48,351 nucleotides of DNA, from the NCBI GenBank assembly GCA_041671125.1, contig JBAZCA010000007.1, positions 1-48,351 on the forward strand, read 5' to 3'. Below are positions 19,700 through 28,239 of the stretch, in pieces. The notes under the pieces were generated by a model. The model was not told the origin of the DNA, ran no database searches, and saw only the letters and a list, made by a program, of their open reading frames with translations. Numbering within the stretch: the stretch's first letter is position 1; each line of letters opens with the position of its first letter. The position numbers were made by a program, and so were the translations under genes. This DNA comes from Patescibacteria group bacterium. GTDB taxonomy: Bacteria > Patescibacteriota > Patescibacteriia > Patescibacteriales > JBAZCA01.

Positions 19700-20626
19700 C
19701 TAATGCTCTTCTTCCATGGTATTCATTGTCAGGTACGCGAGGATCAGCATGGAAAAAATCAAAGCCTGAATTAATCCGACCACTACTTCCAAAAACATAA
19801 AAGGCACGGGCAGGCCGAAAGCGAGAATCGCCGCCATGGAAGCGAGTAAAACTTCCCCGGCAAAAATATTCCCGAATAACCGGAAAGAAAGGCTCGCGAT
19901 TTTTGCCACTTCGCCGACTATTTCTATGAGGCCGACAAAAGCCTTAATCGGATTAACGATTATGATCGTCGGATCTTTCCTGATCTTTTTCGGTATCTCC
20001 AAAAACGCCTTTATATTAATGAACTTGTTGAAATATTTCCAGACCCCAAGGGCCATGACCCCAAAAATATGGCTTGCTACCACGCCGATAATCGCCAGCG
20101 CCAGAGTTGTATTAAGGTCAGCGGTTCCGCCCCGTAAAAAAGGGACAAAAACTTTTTCTCCGTGCTCGGAAACTACCTGGCCGATTGAGCCGACTCCCGG
20201 CAAGAGCCCGAGCCAGTTGTTTACTAATATTAAAATAAAAAAGCTGAAAACTATGGGAAAAAATTTAAGGGATTTATCCCGCGACCCGGTAACCGAATCA
20301 AACATTCCCAAAAATCCCTCAATAATCATTTCAAAAGCGTTCTGGATCCCCCGCGGAACGGCCTTAATTTTAGTTCTCACGGCGACGGCTATTATCAGGA
20401 TGATAATAATCGCCAGCCAGGAATTGATTAAAGAATTAGTGATGCTAAAATTGCCAAAATGGGCGATCGGCTCGGCGAAAAGAGTATTTTCATGAACCAG
20501 CTCTTCCACGCCTTCTTTAGCGTCGCCGACCTCGGCCGGCGTCTCGGTTCCCGACTCTTCAATTCCATCTTTGGCAATTTCGTGCTCAACGCTCTCTTGG
20601 GCCAATTTTGTTTCGCTATGCTCCAT
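19700..20626 (-). CDS. atpB: F-type ATP synthase subunit a, with an acidic N-terminal extension of about 50 aa
   Basis: 308 aa. The conserved helix-4 motif LSFRLFGNIFAGE is present. Residues 1-50 (MEHSETKLAQESVEHEIAKDGIEESGTETPAEVGDAKEGVEELVHENTLF) precede the usual first TM region. Confidence 0.9.
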   Translation of the reverse strand: MEHSETKLAQESVEHEIAKDGIEESGTETPAEVGDAKEGVEELVHENTLFAEPIAHFGNFSITNSLINSWLAIIIILIIAVAVRTKIKAVPRGIQNAFEMIIEGFLGMFDSVTGSRDKSLKFFPIVFSFFILILVNNWLGLLPGVGSIGQVVSEHGEKVFVPFLRGGTADLNTTLALAIIGVVASHIFGVMALGVWKYFNKFINIKAFLEIPKKIRKDPTIIIVNPIKAFVGLIEIVGEVAKIASLSFRLFGNIFAGEVLLASMAAILAFGLPVPFMFLEVVVGLIQALIFSMLILAYLTMNTMEEEH

Positions 20627-20629
20627 ATT

Positions 20630-20947
20630 TTAAACTTTTGGTTTATTTTCGCCTTTTTTTTCTTTTTCCTCCTCTTCAATCCTTTTATACTCCCGACCGA
20701 CTTCCTTTACCAGGCCGAATATTGAAATAATGAAAGAGAAACCGACGCTGAAAAAAATGTAAAAAGAATTTTCATTATTATACCGGCTGTCCAGCCAGTT
20801 GCCGATTAGCGCTCCGAGAAGGACCGGCGCGGCAATCCAGCCGGAAAAGCGGAAAAATAAAATAAGCGCCGGTTGCCACCAGGCGTTGTCTTTGGATCCC
20901 TTCCTGTCCGCGTCCAATGCTACTGGCTTTTTACCTTTATCACTCAT
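20630..20947 (-). CDS. AtpZ/AtpI-like small membrane protein, first gene of the atp operon
   Basis: 105 aa with two TM helices. The pattern FRFSGWIAAPVLLGALIGNWLDSRY resembles the AtpZ (ATPase_gene1) family. Its stop lies 3 nt from the atpB start. Confidence 0.6.
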   Translation of the reverse strand: MSDKGKKPVALDADRKGSKDNAWWQPALILFFRFSGWIAAPVLLGALIGNWLDSRYNNENSFYIFFSVGFSFIISIFGLVKEVGREYKRIEEEEKEKKGENKPKV

Positions 20948-20950
20948 ATA

Positions 20951-21112
20951 GGGTCTGTCACCGAATACGCTTTTGAAGCGAAATTTTCAAAATCCGAGAC
21001 AAATTTTTCAAACAAATTTTGAGGTTTATATGGAATATAAGCTGAAAAATTTTTTGGAAAATTTGGCCGGATTTTGGGAATTGCAGCCAGAATGGTATTC
21101 GGCGACAGACCC
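20951..21112. repeat. 162-nt long inverted repeat (family F), termini GGGTCTGTCACCGAATAC / GTATTCGGCGACAGACCC
   Basis: Arms of about 60 nt pair imperfectly. The reverse complement of the right arm is GGGTCTGTCGCCGAATACCATTCTGGCTGCAATTCCCAAAATCCGGCCAAATTTTCCAAAA. It ends 4 nt upstream of the atpZ-like start codon. Confidence 0.8.
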
Positions 21113-21160
21113 GATACCAAACGAATAGGGGCGCGAGGGTCCCTACTCTTCTTACTCTTC

Positions 21161-21189
21161 TTTTTATCTTAAATCATGACAAAAGTCAA
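21161..21189 (-). promoter_or_regulatory. candidate sigma70-like promoter of the atp operon
   Basis: Minus strand reads TTGACT-17 nt-TAAAAA. It lies upstream of repeat F and the atpZ-like gene. Confidence 0.4.
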
Positions 21190-21234
21190 GTGGTTTTTTT
21201 CGCGATAACGCCGCCTGCCGCTGGTTCAGCCGTC

Positions 21235-22077
21235 TTAAATTCCGAACAACTCCCTCGCGTTTCTAGTCGTTACCTCGGCGATTTTTTCCAGGGTCAATCC
21301 TTTAGCCTCGGCAATCCTCGCGGCGACGTATTTAACTAAAAGCGGCTCATTCCTTTTTCCCCGGAAAGGCTCGGGCGCCATGAACGGACAATCGGTCTCA
21401 ACCATGAATTTATGCAAAGGGACTTTGCGGATAATCGCGTCGGCCTTGTCGCTAAAAGTTACGAGACCGGTAAAAGAAACTATAAGTCCGAGATTGAAGT
21501 ATTGCCAGGCAAGGTCTTCTGACCCGTAAAAACAATGCATCACCCCCCAAGGCCGCCCGTCGGCCGGAAAAAGCTCCCGGTTTTTCCGCTTAAAATCTTT
21601 TAAAACCGTAAGCATATCATTATGGGCGTCGCGGCAATGGATAATAACCGGCAGGTTCTTTTTCCGCCCCAAAGCGACCTGCGAAAGAAACACCTCCTTC
21701 TGCTTCTCTTTTATCGCGCTAATATCCCCTGTTTTCGGCAAATGGAAATAATCCAGGCCGACTTCGCCGATGGCAACTACTTTTTCAAAGGTGGCAAGTT
21801 TCTCGTAAATATCATAATTAAATTCCTCGCCGGTTGTGTTAATTTCTTCGCCTTCTTCCTCAGCTTCGGTTTCATGAAGATGAATCGGGTGGATGCCGAT
21901 GGCCGCGTAAACCCCCTTTTCGTATTTATTGGCATAATCAATCGCCCGGCGGGAAGTCCGGTATTCGGATCCGACAAGAATCATCCAGGTATCATTTTCC
22001 AATGCCCGCTTTATCACCTCATCGGCGTCTTCGCGGAAAGCGCGAAAATTTACATGGGCGTGAGTGTCTATGAACAT
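21235..22077 (-). CDS. tatD: TatD-family metal-dependent hydrolase
   Basis: MFIDTHAHVNF, GEVGLDY, IIHCR and ETDCPFMAP motifs. I prefer the start at M13 (ATG at 22075-22077). The track ATG at 22111-22113 lies inside the arm of repeat B. Confidence 0.9.
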   Translation of the reverse strand: MFIDTHAHVNFRAFREDADEVIKRALENDTWMILVGSEYRTSRRAIDYANKYEKGVYAAIGIHPIHLHETEAEEEGEEINTTGEEFNYDIYEKLATFEKVVAIGEVGLDYFHLPKTGDISAIKEKQKEVFLSQVALGRKKNLPVIIHCRDAHNDMLTVLKDFKRKNRELFPADGRPWGVMHCFYGSEDLAWQYFNLGLIVSFTGLVTFSDKADAIIRKVPLHKFMVETDCPFMAPEPFRGKRNEPLLVKYVAARIAEAKGLTLEKIAEVTTRNARELFGI

Positions 22078-22108
22078 AAAATTTTTAATTTTCAATTTAT
22101 AACCTTCT

Positions 22109-22245
22109 GTCATTCCGGAAGCCGTTAGGCTATCCGGAATCCAGCCTGCCTGCCGGCAGGCAGGGATTTAGAGGTAATAATGCCTTTAATCCTGAAAATT
22201 CGGTCAGAGCTCCTAATCCTGGATTCCCGCTTTCGCGGGAATGAC
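22109..22245. repeat. Composite inverted repeat (family B: GTCATTCCGGAAGC...GGATTCCCGCTTTCGCGGGAATGAC) carrying a nested family C palindrome
   Basis: The terminal arms are GTCATTCC... and ...GGAATGAC. The internal 20-mer CCTGCCTGCCGGCAGGCAGG sits at 22145-22164. Confidence 0.8.
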
Positions 22246-22294
22246 AGGGACGAGGTTGCCTAATTTATCCACAAAACCTAAAAAACCTTATATC

Positions 22295-22882
22295 TTATCT
22301 CAAAACCATAATGTTACCCGCATCTCTCAAATCAACCAGCCTGGACGGCTTTCCCTTTAAAACTCCCGCGTCCACTATCAAGTCAGGTTTCTCTTTCTTA
22401 AAAATTATTTCCACATTCCCGAGATCCGATATAACCGGCTCGCCGCTTAAATTCAGGCTTGTAGAAACCAGAGGCTCGCCGAGCTTCTTAATTATTTTAA
22501 GAAGAAAATCGTTTCTAGGCAACCGCACAGCCAACGCCCCCTGTCCGGCCGAGAGTTCTTTGGGCAGATTTCTTCTGTCTTCCAAAACAACCGAAACCGG
22601 ACCGGGCCAGACCTTCTTCAGGTAGACCGCCTGCTTCTTATTTATCCGGCAATATTTTTTTGCCATTGCGAGGCTTTGCGTGAGGATTAAAAGCGGCTTT
22701 CTATTTTCCCTCTTTTTTATTTTAAAGATCCGCCGGATCGCTTTGGCGTCGGTCGCGAGACAGCCGAGCCCGTAAACCGTGTCAGTCGGACAAGCAATCA
22801 CTTTTCCCTGATTTAAAAAATTGACTATCAAGTCAATTTCCTTTTTACCGGGATTTTTTAAATTTATTTTGATCCATTCCAT
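22295..22882 (-). CDS. tsaC: L-threonylcarbamoyladenylate synthase (YrdC/TsaC-type, single domain)
   Basis: 195 aa with the YrdC-domain motifs VIACPTDTVYGLGC and LAVRLP...VSTSLNLSG. Confidence 0.85.
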   Translation of the reverse strand: MEWIKINLKNPGKKEIDLIVNFLNQGKVIACPTDTVYGLGCLATDAKAIRRIFKIKKRENRKPLLILTQSLAMAKKYCRINKKQAVYLKKVWPGPVSVVLEDRRNLPKELSAGQGALAVRLPRNDFLLKIIKKLGEPLVSTSLNLSGEPVISDLGNVEIIFKKEKPDLIVDAGVLKGKPSRLVDLRDAGNIMVLR

Positions 22883-23502
22883 ACTTTTTCTTTTAAGTAT
22901 CCGCCCGTGTCTTTCAATTTTTCAATGTTAAAATTATCCGTATCAATGCCTTTAAAATCTATATTCTTCAAACCGGCGCTTTTATCATCCCCAAAACTCT
23001 TAATTTTCTCCCATAAGTTAGGCAGAAGCGGAACTATTAAACCCGCGTATTTTAGGAGAATCGGCGCTATTTTTGAAGTTTTTACGTATCCGGCTAATAG
23101 TTTAGTCCCGAGCCCAACCTGGTTAAGGCCATACAAAGCCAGTCCGATTATTAGTCCGCCTAATACCAGTCCGAATATCGCTCCTAAGAGACGGTTGATG
23201 GATTTTAAAAACGGGATGAAAAAAAGCGAATTATAGCTTCCTTCAACGAGGATAAAGAAAAAGTTTATCAGCCGGTTGGTGATTATGAATAACACCATGA
23301 AAATCACCGCCCGCCCGAGACTTTCAAAACCGAAGAACAATTTTTCCGCCAAAGAGTAAATCGGAAGGTAAAAAAAACTCGCGATCCAAACCCCTAAAAC
23401 CAGAGCGACAATAGCGCCGACGGTTTTAATGAGGCCGTTAAACAAGCCGTAAAAGGCGAAACCGGCAATAATTAGGATGAGTATAATGTCAAAACCGGAC
23501 AT
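22864..23502 (-). CDS. cvpA: CvpA-family membrane protein
   Basis: 212 aa. The N-terminus MSGFDIILILIIAGFAFYGLFNGLIKTVGAIVALVLGVWIA is typical of CvpA. Four TM helices. Overlaps the tsaC start by 19 nt. Confidence 0.8.
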   Translation of the reverse strand: MSGFDIILILIIAGFAFYGLFNGLIKTVGAIVALVLGVWIASFFYLPIYSLAEKLFFGFESLGRAVIFMVLFIITNRLINFFFILVEGSYNSLFFIPFLKSINRLLGAIFGLVLGGLIIGLALYGLNQVGLGTKLLAGYVKTSKIAPILLKYAGLIVPLLPNLWEKIKSFGDDKSAGLKNIDFKGIDTDNFNIEKLKDTGGYLKEKVWNGSK

Positions 23503-23510
23503 AAGATTCT

Positions 23511-23607
23511 TGTCATCTCGAACGGAGCGAAGCGGAGTGAGAGATCTAATTACGACAATTCTAGTCTATTAGATTTCTCGCCTTCGTTCCTCAGGCTCGA
23601 AATGACA
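23511..23607. repeat. Family A inverted-repeat element, copy 3 (diverged)
   Basis: TGTCATCTCGAACGGAGCGAAGCGGAGTGAGAGATCT ... AGATTTCTCGCCTTCGTTCCTCAGGCTCGAAATGACA, between the metG stop and the cvpA start. Confidence 0.8.
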
Positions 23608-23615
23608 AACTAAGA

Positions 23616-25091
23616 TTATATTCTCGGAAACAGCGGCGCTTCTTTTTTTACCTGTCTTTGGCTGAACTGCCGGACAATTTTTTCCGCTGTCTCGGGCATA
23701 AAAGGCAAAAGCAGTTTACCTATATTTAAAATATTTTCGGCCACCGGCTTCAATACTGCCATTATCTCATTTTTTTCTTTCATTTTCCAGGGGGCCTTTT
23801 CGCTTAAGAACGCGTCGCTTTCGGCGATTTTTTCCCAGATGATTTTCAGAGCCTGGTCAAACTGGAATTTTTCCATTTCTTCATCCAGCCGCCGTTCCAG
23901 CTCCCGGTCATTAACTCCAGCCAAATCCAGCTCAATCCCATTTTTTTCCAGCAGTGTCGCTGTCCGGCCGGCTAAATTCCCGAGCCCATTCGCCAGGTCG
24001 GCATTGAATTTTTTCTCAAATTTTTCAAAAGAAAAATCGCCGTCTTCAAAAGGGGTGATTTCCGCTAAAAGATAGTATCTCAGAGCGTCGGTTCCATACT
24101 TTTCCACTACTTCATGGGGATTTATAACATTGCCTAAAGATTTACTCATCTTCTTACCGTCGGCAGTTATAAATCCAAAAATTAAAATCTGCGTTGAGGT
24201 TGGCAGGCCGGCTGACATAAGCATAGCCTGCCACATGGCCGACTGCTGACGCAGGTTGTCCTTACCCGCCACCTGCGTTCCCGGCCAGAATTCGGTAAAC
24301 AAATCGGGCTTGCCCTGCGTAGCTTTCTTGTCCTCCGGAGCTTCAGTGCAGGAGGAGGCGGAGCAGGGCCAGCCGAGAGCGGAGATGTAATTTACCAACG
24401 CGTCAAACCAGACGTACATAACGTGCTCCTCGTCGCCCGGCACCGGCACCCCCCAGGGCATCTTAGACTTCAATCTTGAAATACTAAAATCCTGGAGACC
24501 AGACTGAACGAAATTTTTTATTTCATTAAGCCTGTGGCCGGGTAGGACAAAAAGAGGATTTTCGTCATATAGCTCAAGGAGTTTTCTCTGATAATTTGAC
24601 CATTTGAAAAAATAATTTTCTTCCTCAATAATTTCCAGCTCCTGGTTCGGATGCAAGGGGCACTTTCCGTCAATAAGTTCAGAATCGGTTTTCTCCAGCT
24701 CACAGCCGACGCAGTACTTTACCTTATAAATCTTTTTTTCAATGTCGCCGTTCTTATCGCATCTTTTCCAAAATTCTTGGGCGGCTTTGACGTGATGTTC
24801 ATCCGTAGTCCTTATGAAATTATTATAGCTTAAATTAAGCGCTTTCTTTAAATTTTCAAACCTGGCCGCGTACTTGTCGCAATAGCCTTGCGGATCCATA
24901 CCGGCTTCAAGGGCTTTACGGTAAATTTTTAAACCGTGCTCGTCGGTTCCGGTGTTAAAAAAAACCTCGTCGCCTTTCCGCGCGCGGTATCTCGCGATCG
25001 CGTCCGCCTTAATGATCTCCGCCGCGAACCCGATATGCGGATCAGCGTTGACGTAAGGCAGGGTGGTTGTGATGTAAAATTTGTTTTTCAT
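23616..25091 (-). CDS. metG: methionine--tRNA ligase (short form, no C-terminal tRNA-binding domain)
   Basis: 491 aa. HIGH-region variant PYVNADPHIGF, the KMSKS motif (GKKMSKSLGN) and a Cys knuckle CVGCE...GKCPLH. Confidence 0.95.
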   Translation of the reverse strand: MKNKFYITTTLPYVNADPHIGFAAEIIKADAIARYRARKGDEVFFNTGTDEHGLKIYRKALEAGMDPQGYCDKYAARFENLKKALNLSYNNFIRTTDEHHVKAAQEFWKRCDKNGDIEKKIYKVKYCVGCELEKTDSELIDGKCPLHPNQELEIIEEENYFFKWSNYQRKLLELYDENPLFVLPGHRLNEIKNFVQSGLQDFSISRLKSKMPWGVPVPGDEEHVMYVWFDALVNYISALGWPCSASSCTEAPEDKKATQGKPDLFTEFWPGTQVAGKDNLRQQSAMWQAMLMSAGLPTSTQILIFGFITADGKKMSKSLGNVINPHEVVEKYGTDALRYYLLAEITPFEDGDFSFEKFEKKFNADLANGLGNLAGRTATLLEKNGIELDLAGVNDRELERRLDEEMEKFQFDQALKIIWEKIAESDAFLSEKAPWKMKEKNEIMAVLKPVAENILNIGKLLLPFMPETAEKIVRQFSQRQVKKEAPLFPRI

Positions 25092-25105
25092 GCTTTAATC
25101 TAACC

Positions 25106-25951
25106 TCACCCGATAATGACAACAAACTCGCCTTTTTGGTCGCTCGGGCTGGCTTTTATTTTTTCTATGATATTAGGGAGGCTTCCGCGGTAAACGGTTT
25201 CAAACATTTTTGATAATTCGCGGCAGACCACCACCGAGGTAATTTCCTTTTTCTTCATTTTTTCCTTTTTATCTTTTTTGTTCCGCCTATAATACCCCGC
25301 CCCTTCCGTTTCGGGAGCGACAGCTTCTTCCGGCTCGGCCGCGAGGCTCTCTAGTTCTTCAAGGAATTTTACGATCCGGTGCTTTGATTCGTATACCACA
25401 ACAGGATAATCGCTCTCTAAAACCCGCCGAATAAACTTTTGTCGGCCTTTTTTATGGGGCGGAAATCCTAAAAATATAAATTTATCGGTCGGAATGCCGG
25501 AAATGGAAAGCGCCGCGGTAACAGCTGAAGGTCCGGGTACGGATTCAATCTGAACGGTCGCGCCTTGATGCGCTTTTTCCAGACTTTTACCGGCAACTCC
25601 GAATTCCCCGCCGTTTTCATCCTTAGGCCGCTGGTCAGATCCGAAACGCTCAATTACCGCCTGGACAAGTTTTCCGCCCGGATCAGAAATTCCCGGCGTG
25701 CCGGCGTCGGAAACTAAGGCCAGGTTTTTTCCGCGGGCGAGCAAATCCAATATATACTCTATTTTTTTCAAATCCGAATGCTGGTGGTAGGAAATCGCCT
25801 GGGTGGCAATTTTATAGTGATCAAGAAGCCTTTTGGTAATCCTTGTATCCTCGCAAAGGATAAAGTCCACCTCGCCCAATATCCGCAAAGCGCGCAGGGT
25901 TATGTCTTCAAGATTTCCTATTGGAGTGGCGACGATATATAAAGTAGACAT
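25106..25951 (-). CDS. rsmI: 16S rRNA (cytidine1402-2'-O)-methyltransferase
   Basis: 281 aa. LYIVATPIGNLEDITLRAL...ILCEDTR is the RsmI N-terminal signature. Confidence 0.9.
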   Translation of the reverse strand: MSTLYIVATPIGNLEDITLRALRILGEVDFILCEDTRITKRLLDHYKIATQAISYHQHSDLKKIEYILDLLARGKNLALVSDAGTPGISDPGGKLVQAVIERFGSDQRPKDENGGEFGVAGKSLEKAHQGATVQIESVPGPSAVTAALSISGIPTDKFIFLGFPPHKKGRQKFIRRVLESDYPVVVYESKHRIVKFLEELESLAAEPEEAVAPETEGAGYYRRNKKDKKEKMKKKEITSVVVCRELSKMFETVYRGSLPNIIEKIKASPSDQKGEFVVIIG

Positions 25952-26123
25952 AAAAAATGTAAAATGTAAAAACTTGAATCATGAATTACAAATTATGAAT
26001 AATGGAATTATAATGTCGCCAACTACCGTAATTCATAATTCTTTATTCATTATTCATTCATTTCTATGGCACAGGGGGGTTAACTACCGTCAAAATGTGA
26101 CAGGTTATGAGTTATGAGATAAA

Positions 26124-27788
26124 TCATCCAATCTCCTCCCGCCGCTCTTTGACATACTTCGCCCATTCTTCGGTTACTTCCACCAGTATTTTAAAAGGCG
26201 CCTCTATTATGAAATCCAGGATAAAAACAAAAACATTCATGCGGGAAAATTTCTCTGACAGCCATTTCCCGACCGCCAAGATCGGGGTGTAAAAAAAGTC
26301 GGCCAAGAGGCCAAGGATGTTTTCATGGGTTTCTATTACATGCAGCTCCCTAACCCGGGCGCGGATGCGGATGCCGAAGAAACTTACCAAAGTCAGGAAG
26401 AAGAGAAAAAGAGTTATGCTTATAAAATTAAAATTAATCTGATCAAGCGACCAGACAACCGCCCCGAAAGTGGCGAAAAAAGTTATCGCGTATAAAGCGC
26501 CGAAAAATTTGTTCAATCCGCCGCTCTTGCCCGGAAGCGTCCTTATCCTGTAAGGTTCCTTTCTCTTTGACTCGGGAAAAATTATTTCTTTTATCCCCTC
26601 AATGATTTTTTTCGTATTCTCATCCGAAGGCACCGAAGTAAAAACGACTATAAGGAAAAGAAGAAACGGTGGAAAAGCGATGTTTACGGCCAGCGATTCA
26701 AAATTTATGGTCTGACCGAGTATCTTCGTCACCGGAACCTCAAGGATAAAAGCTAAAATCATCTTAGTCAGAAAAATATAAATAATGCTCCGGACGGCCG
26801 CCCGCCAGAGCTTAGAGCGGGTGTTTTTATATTTTTTTTCGCAAATCTCTTTAATCGTTTTCTCAAACTCCGGCAAATCGCTTTTTAGCTTATGGTAAGC
26901 GCCGACCGGATCGGCTTCAATCACCTCGGAAAGGACGGAAAAGAAAACCGTATAGCGCCCGATTATCCGGTCAAGCCTTTTCGCGAGCGGATGGCTAAGC
27001 TGGTAATCAATGGCTTCCCTTAAAGAAAAAATGTTGGCGGCAATTTTTTTTATCTCATCCTCTCCGGCTTCGTTCCAATCCTGGTTGTAATATTTTAAAA
27101 GGATAAATTCCATCATGTCCCGGTCAAAACGAAAATAGTTCCGGTGGATGCCGGTATAAATCTGGATATCTTTATCCCGGTCAAAAGCGGAGTCCGCGAG
27201 CTCTATGTTTCCGGCTAAAATATCAAATATATAATTAATAAGGATTCCATCCGATTCCTTCCGGCCGAGCTTTTCCTCAATCTCCGAGGCGGCCATGCCG
27301 ATAATCCAGTCGGAAAGGCTGCCGCCGCTTTTCCTCTCCCCGCCCTCTTTGGGGGAATAAAGCTTTAACAAAACATACTTATTGATGGTCGCGGCAATTT
27401 CACCGATTTTTGTTTCGGGAATTTTATTATTGGGAAGATAATCGGCGCGGATAAGTTCGGTTAAAAGATGGCGGGACACTTCCTCTACCCTTTGCTCGGA
27501 AAGCGCGCCCTGGATTACGAGCTGTCTTTTTAATATCCTTTCAATCGCGTATTTCCTTAACAGATGCTCGTCTTTATAGTCTACCGAATTCCTTATCTTT
27601 TCGTAAAAAAACGCCATCTTGGAAATCAGGGTGGAGACTTTTATCTTGGGCTCGCCGGTCTCAGGTTCAACTTTTTCTTTCGCGTCATAAATAACGCCAA
27701 AAAGCTTCTTTGCCCGGTCGTCTATAATAAGGCCGTTTTCGGTTTTTTTGCGGGATAAAGTGGGATTTTGCATAAATTGTGTCTCCAT
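26124..27788 (-). CDS. hypothetical protein: soluble N-terminal region of about 330 aa plus about 6 TM helices
   Basis: 554-aa ORF with an ATG start. The hydrophobic helices lie in the C-terminal 220 aa (for example IIYIFLTKMILAFILEV, FFGALYAITFFATFGAVVW, FISITLFLFFLTLVSFFGI). No family recognised with confidence. Confidence 0.7.
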   Translation of the reverse strand: METQFMQNPTLSRKKTENGLIIDDRAKKLFGVIYDAKEKVEPETGEPKIKVSTLISKMAFFYEKIRNSVDYKDEHLLRKYAIERILKRQLVIQGALSEQRVEEVSRHLLTELIRADYLPNNKIPETKIGEIAATINKYVLLKLYSPKEGGERKSGGSLSDWIIGMAASEIEEKLGRKESDGILINYIFDILAGNIELADSAFDRDKDIQIYTGIHRNYFRFDRDMMEFILLKYYNQDWNEAGEDEIKKIAANIFSLREAIDYQLSHPLAKRLDRIIGRYTVFFSVLSEVIEADPVGAYHKLKSDLPEFEKTIKEICEKKYKNTRSKLWRAAVRSIIYIFLTKMILAFILEVPVTKILGQTINFESLAVNIAFPPFLLFLIVVFTSVPSDENTKKIIEGIKEIIFPESKRKEPYRIRTLPGKSGGLNKFFGALYAITFFATFGAVVWSLDQINFNFISITLFLFFLTLVSFFGIRIRARVRELHVIETHENILGLLADFFYTPILAVGKWLSEKFSRMNVFVFILDFIIEAPFKILVEVTEEWAKYVKERREEIG

Positions 27789-27858
27789 TAGTTATCTCAA
27801 TCTCACTCCACCTTATCATTTTACGGGTTAAAAATCAATTAATTTGCGTGCGAGCAAA

Positions 27859-27891
27859 CCTGCCTGCCCTGCCTGCCGACAGGCAGGCAGG
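27859..27891. repeat. Family C palindrome, expanded copy (CCTGCCTGCCCTGCCTGCCGACAGGCAGGCAGG)
   Basis: It shares the CCTGCC/GGCAGG words of 19657-19676 and 22145-22164. Confidence 0.8.
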
Positions 27892-27940
27892 TTATCCCGT
27901 AGCCAAAGACATGCGGAACCTGGCACGCGAACGAAGCGCC

Positions 27941-27966
27941 AAAAAACCCTCCTTTATTAAAGAGGG
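27941..27966 (-). terminator. Rho-independent terminator after the 74-aa membrane protein gene
   Basis: Minus strand reads CCCTCTTT-aata-AAGGAGGG followed by TTTTTT, 40 nt after the stop at 28006. Confidence 0.65.
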
Positions 27967-28005
27967 CTCAGTTATGATCCGCGAGTTTAAGAATTCAACG
28001 TCCGG

Positions 28006-28230
28006 CTACATCTTAATAAACTTATTAATTTCCTTTTTTATGGCATGAATTTTATAAGCCATGTAGAAAAAACCGTAAGCAATAATAATTGTTACCAGCC
28101 CGACGACCAGCCGGAGCATAAAATCGGTCCAGACAATAAGAATGCCAAGAAGCAGGAGAATAATCCCGTTACCGACCAAGCCATAAATAAAATGGTCAGC
28201 TTTTTTTTCAATTTTTTTGTATATGAGCAT
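28006..28230 (-). CDS. small two-TM membrane protein
   Basis: 74-aa ORF with two clear hydrophobic helices (IYGLVGNGIILLLLGILIVW and LVVGLVTIIIAYGFFYMAY). It starts 10 nt downstream of the preceding membrane-protein gene. Confidence 0.5.
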   Translation of the reverse strand: MLIYKKIEKKADHFIYGLVGNGIILLLLGILIVWTDFMLRLVVGLVTIIIAYGFFYMAYKIHAIKKEINKFIKM

Positions 28231-28239
28231 AAAATAAAA

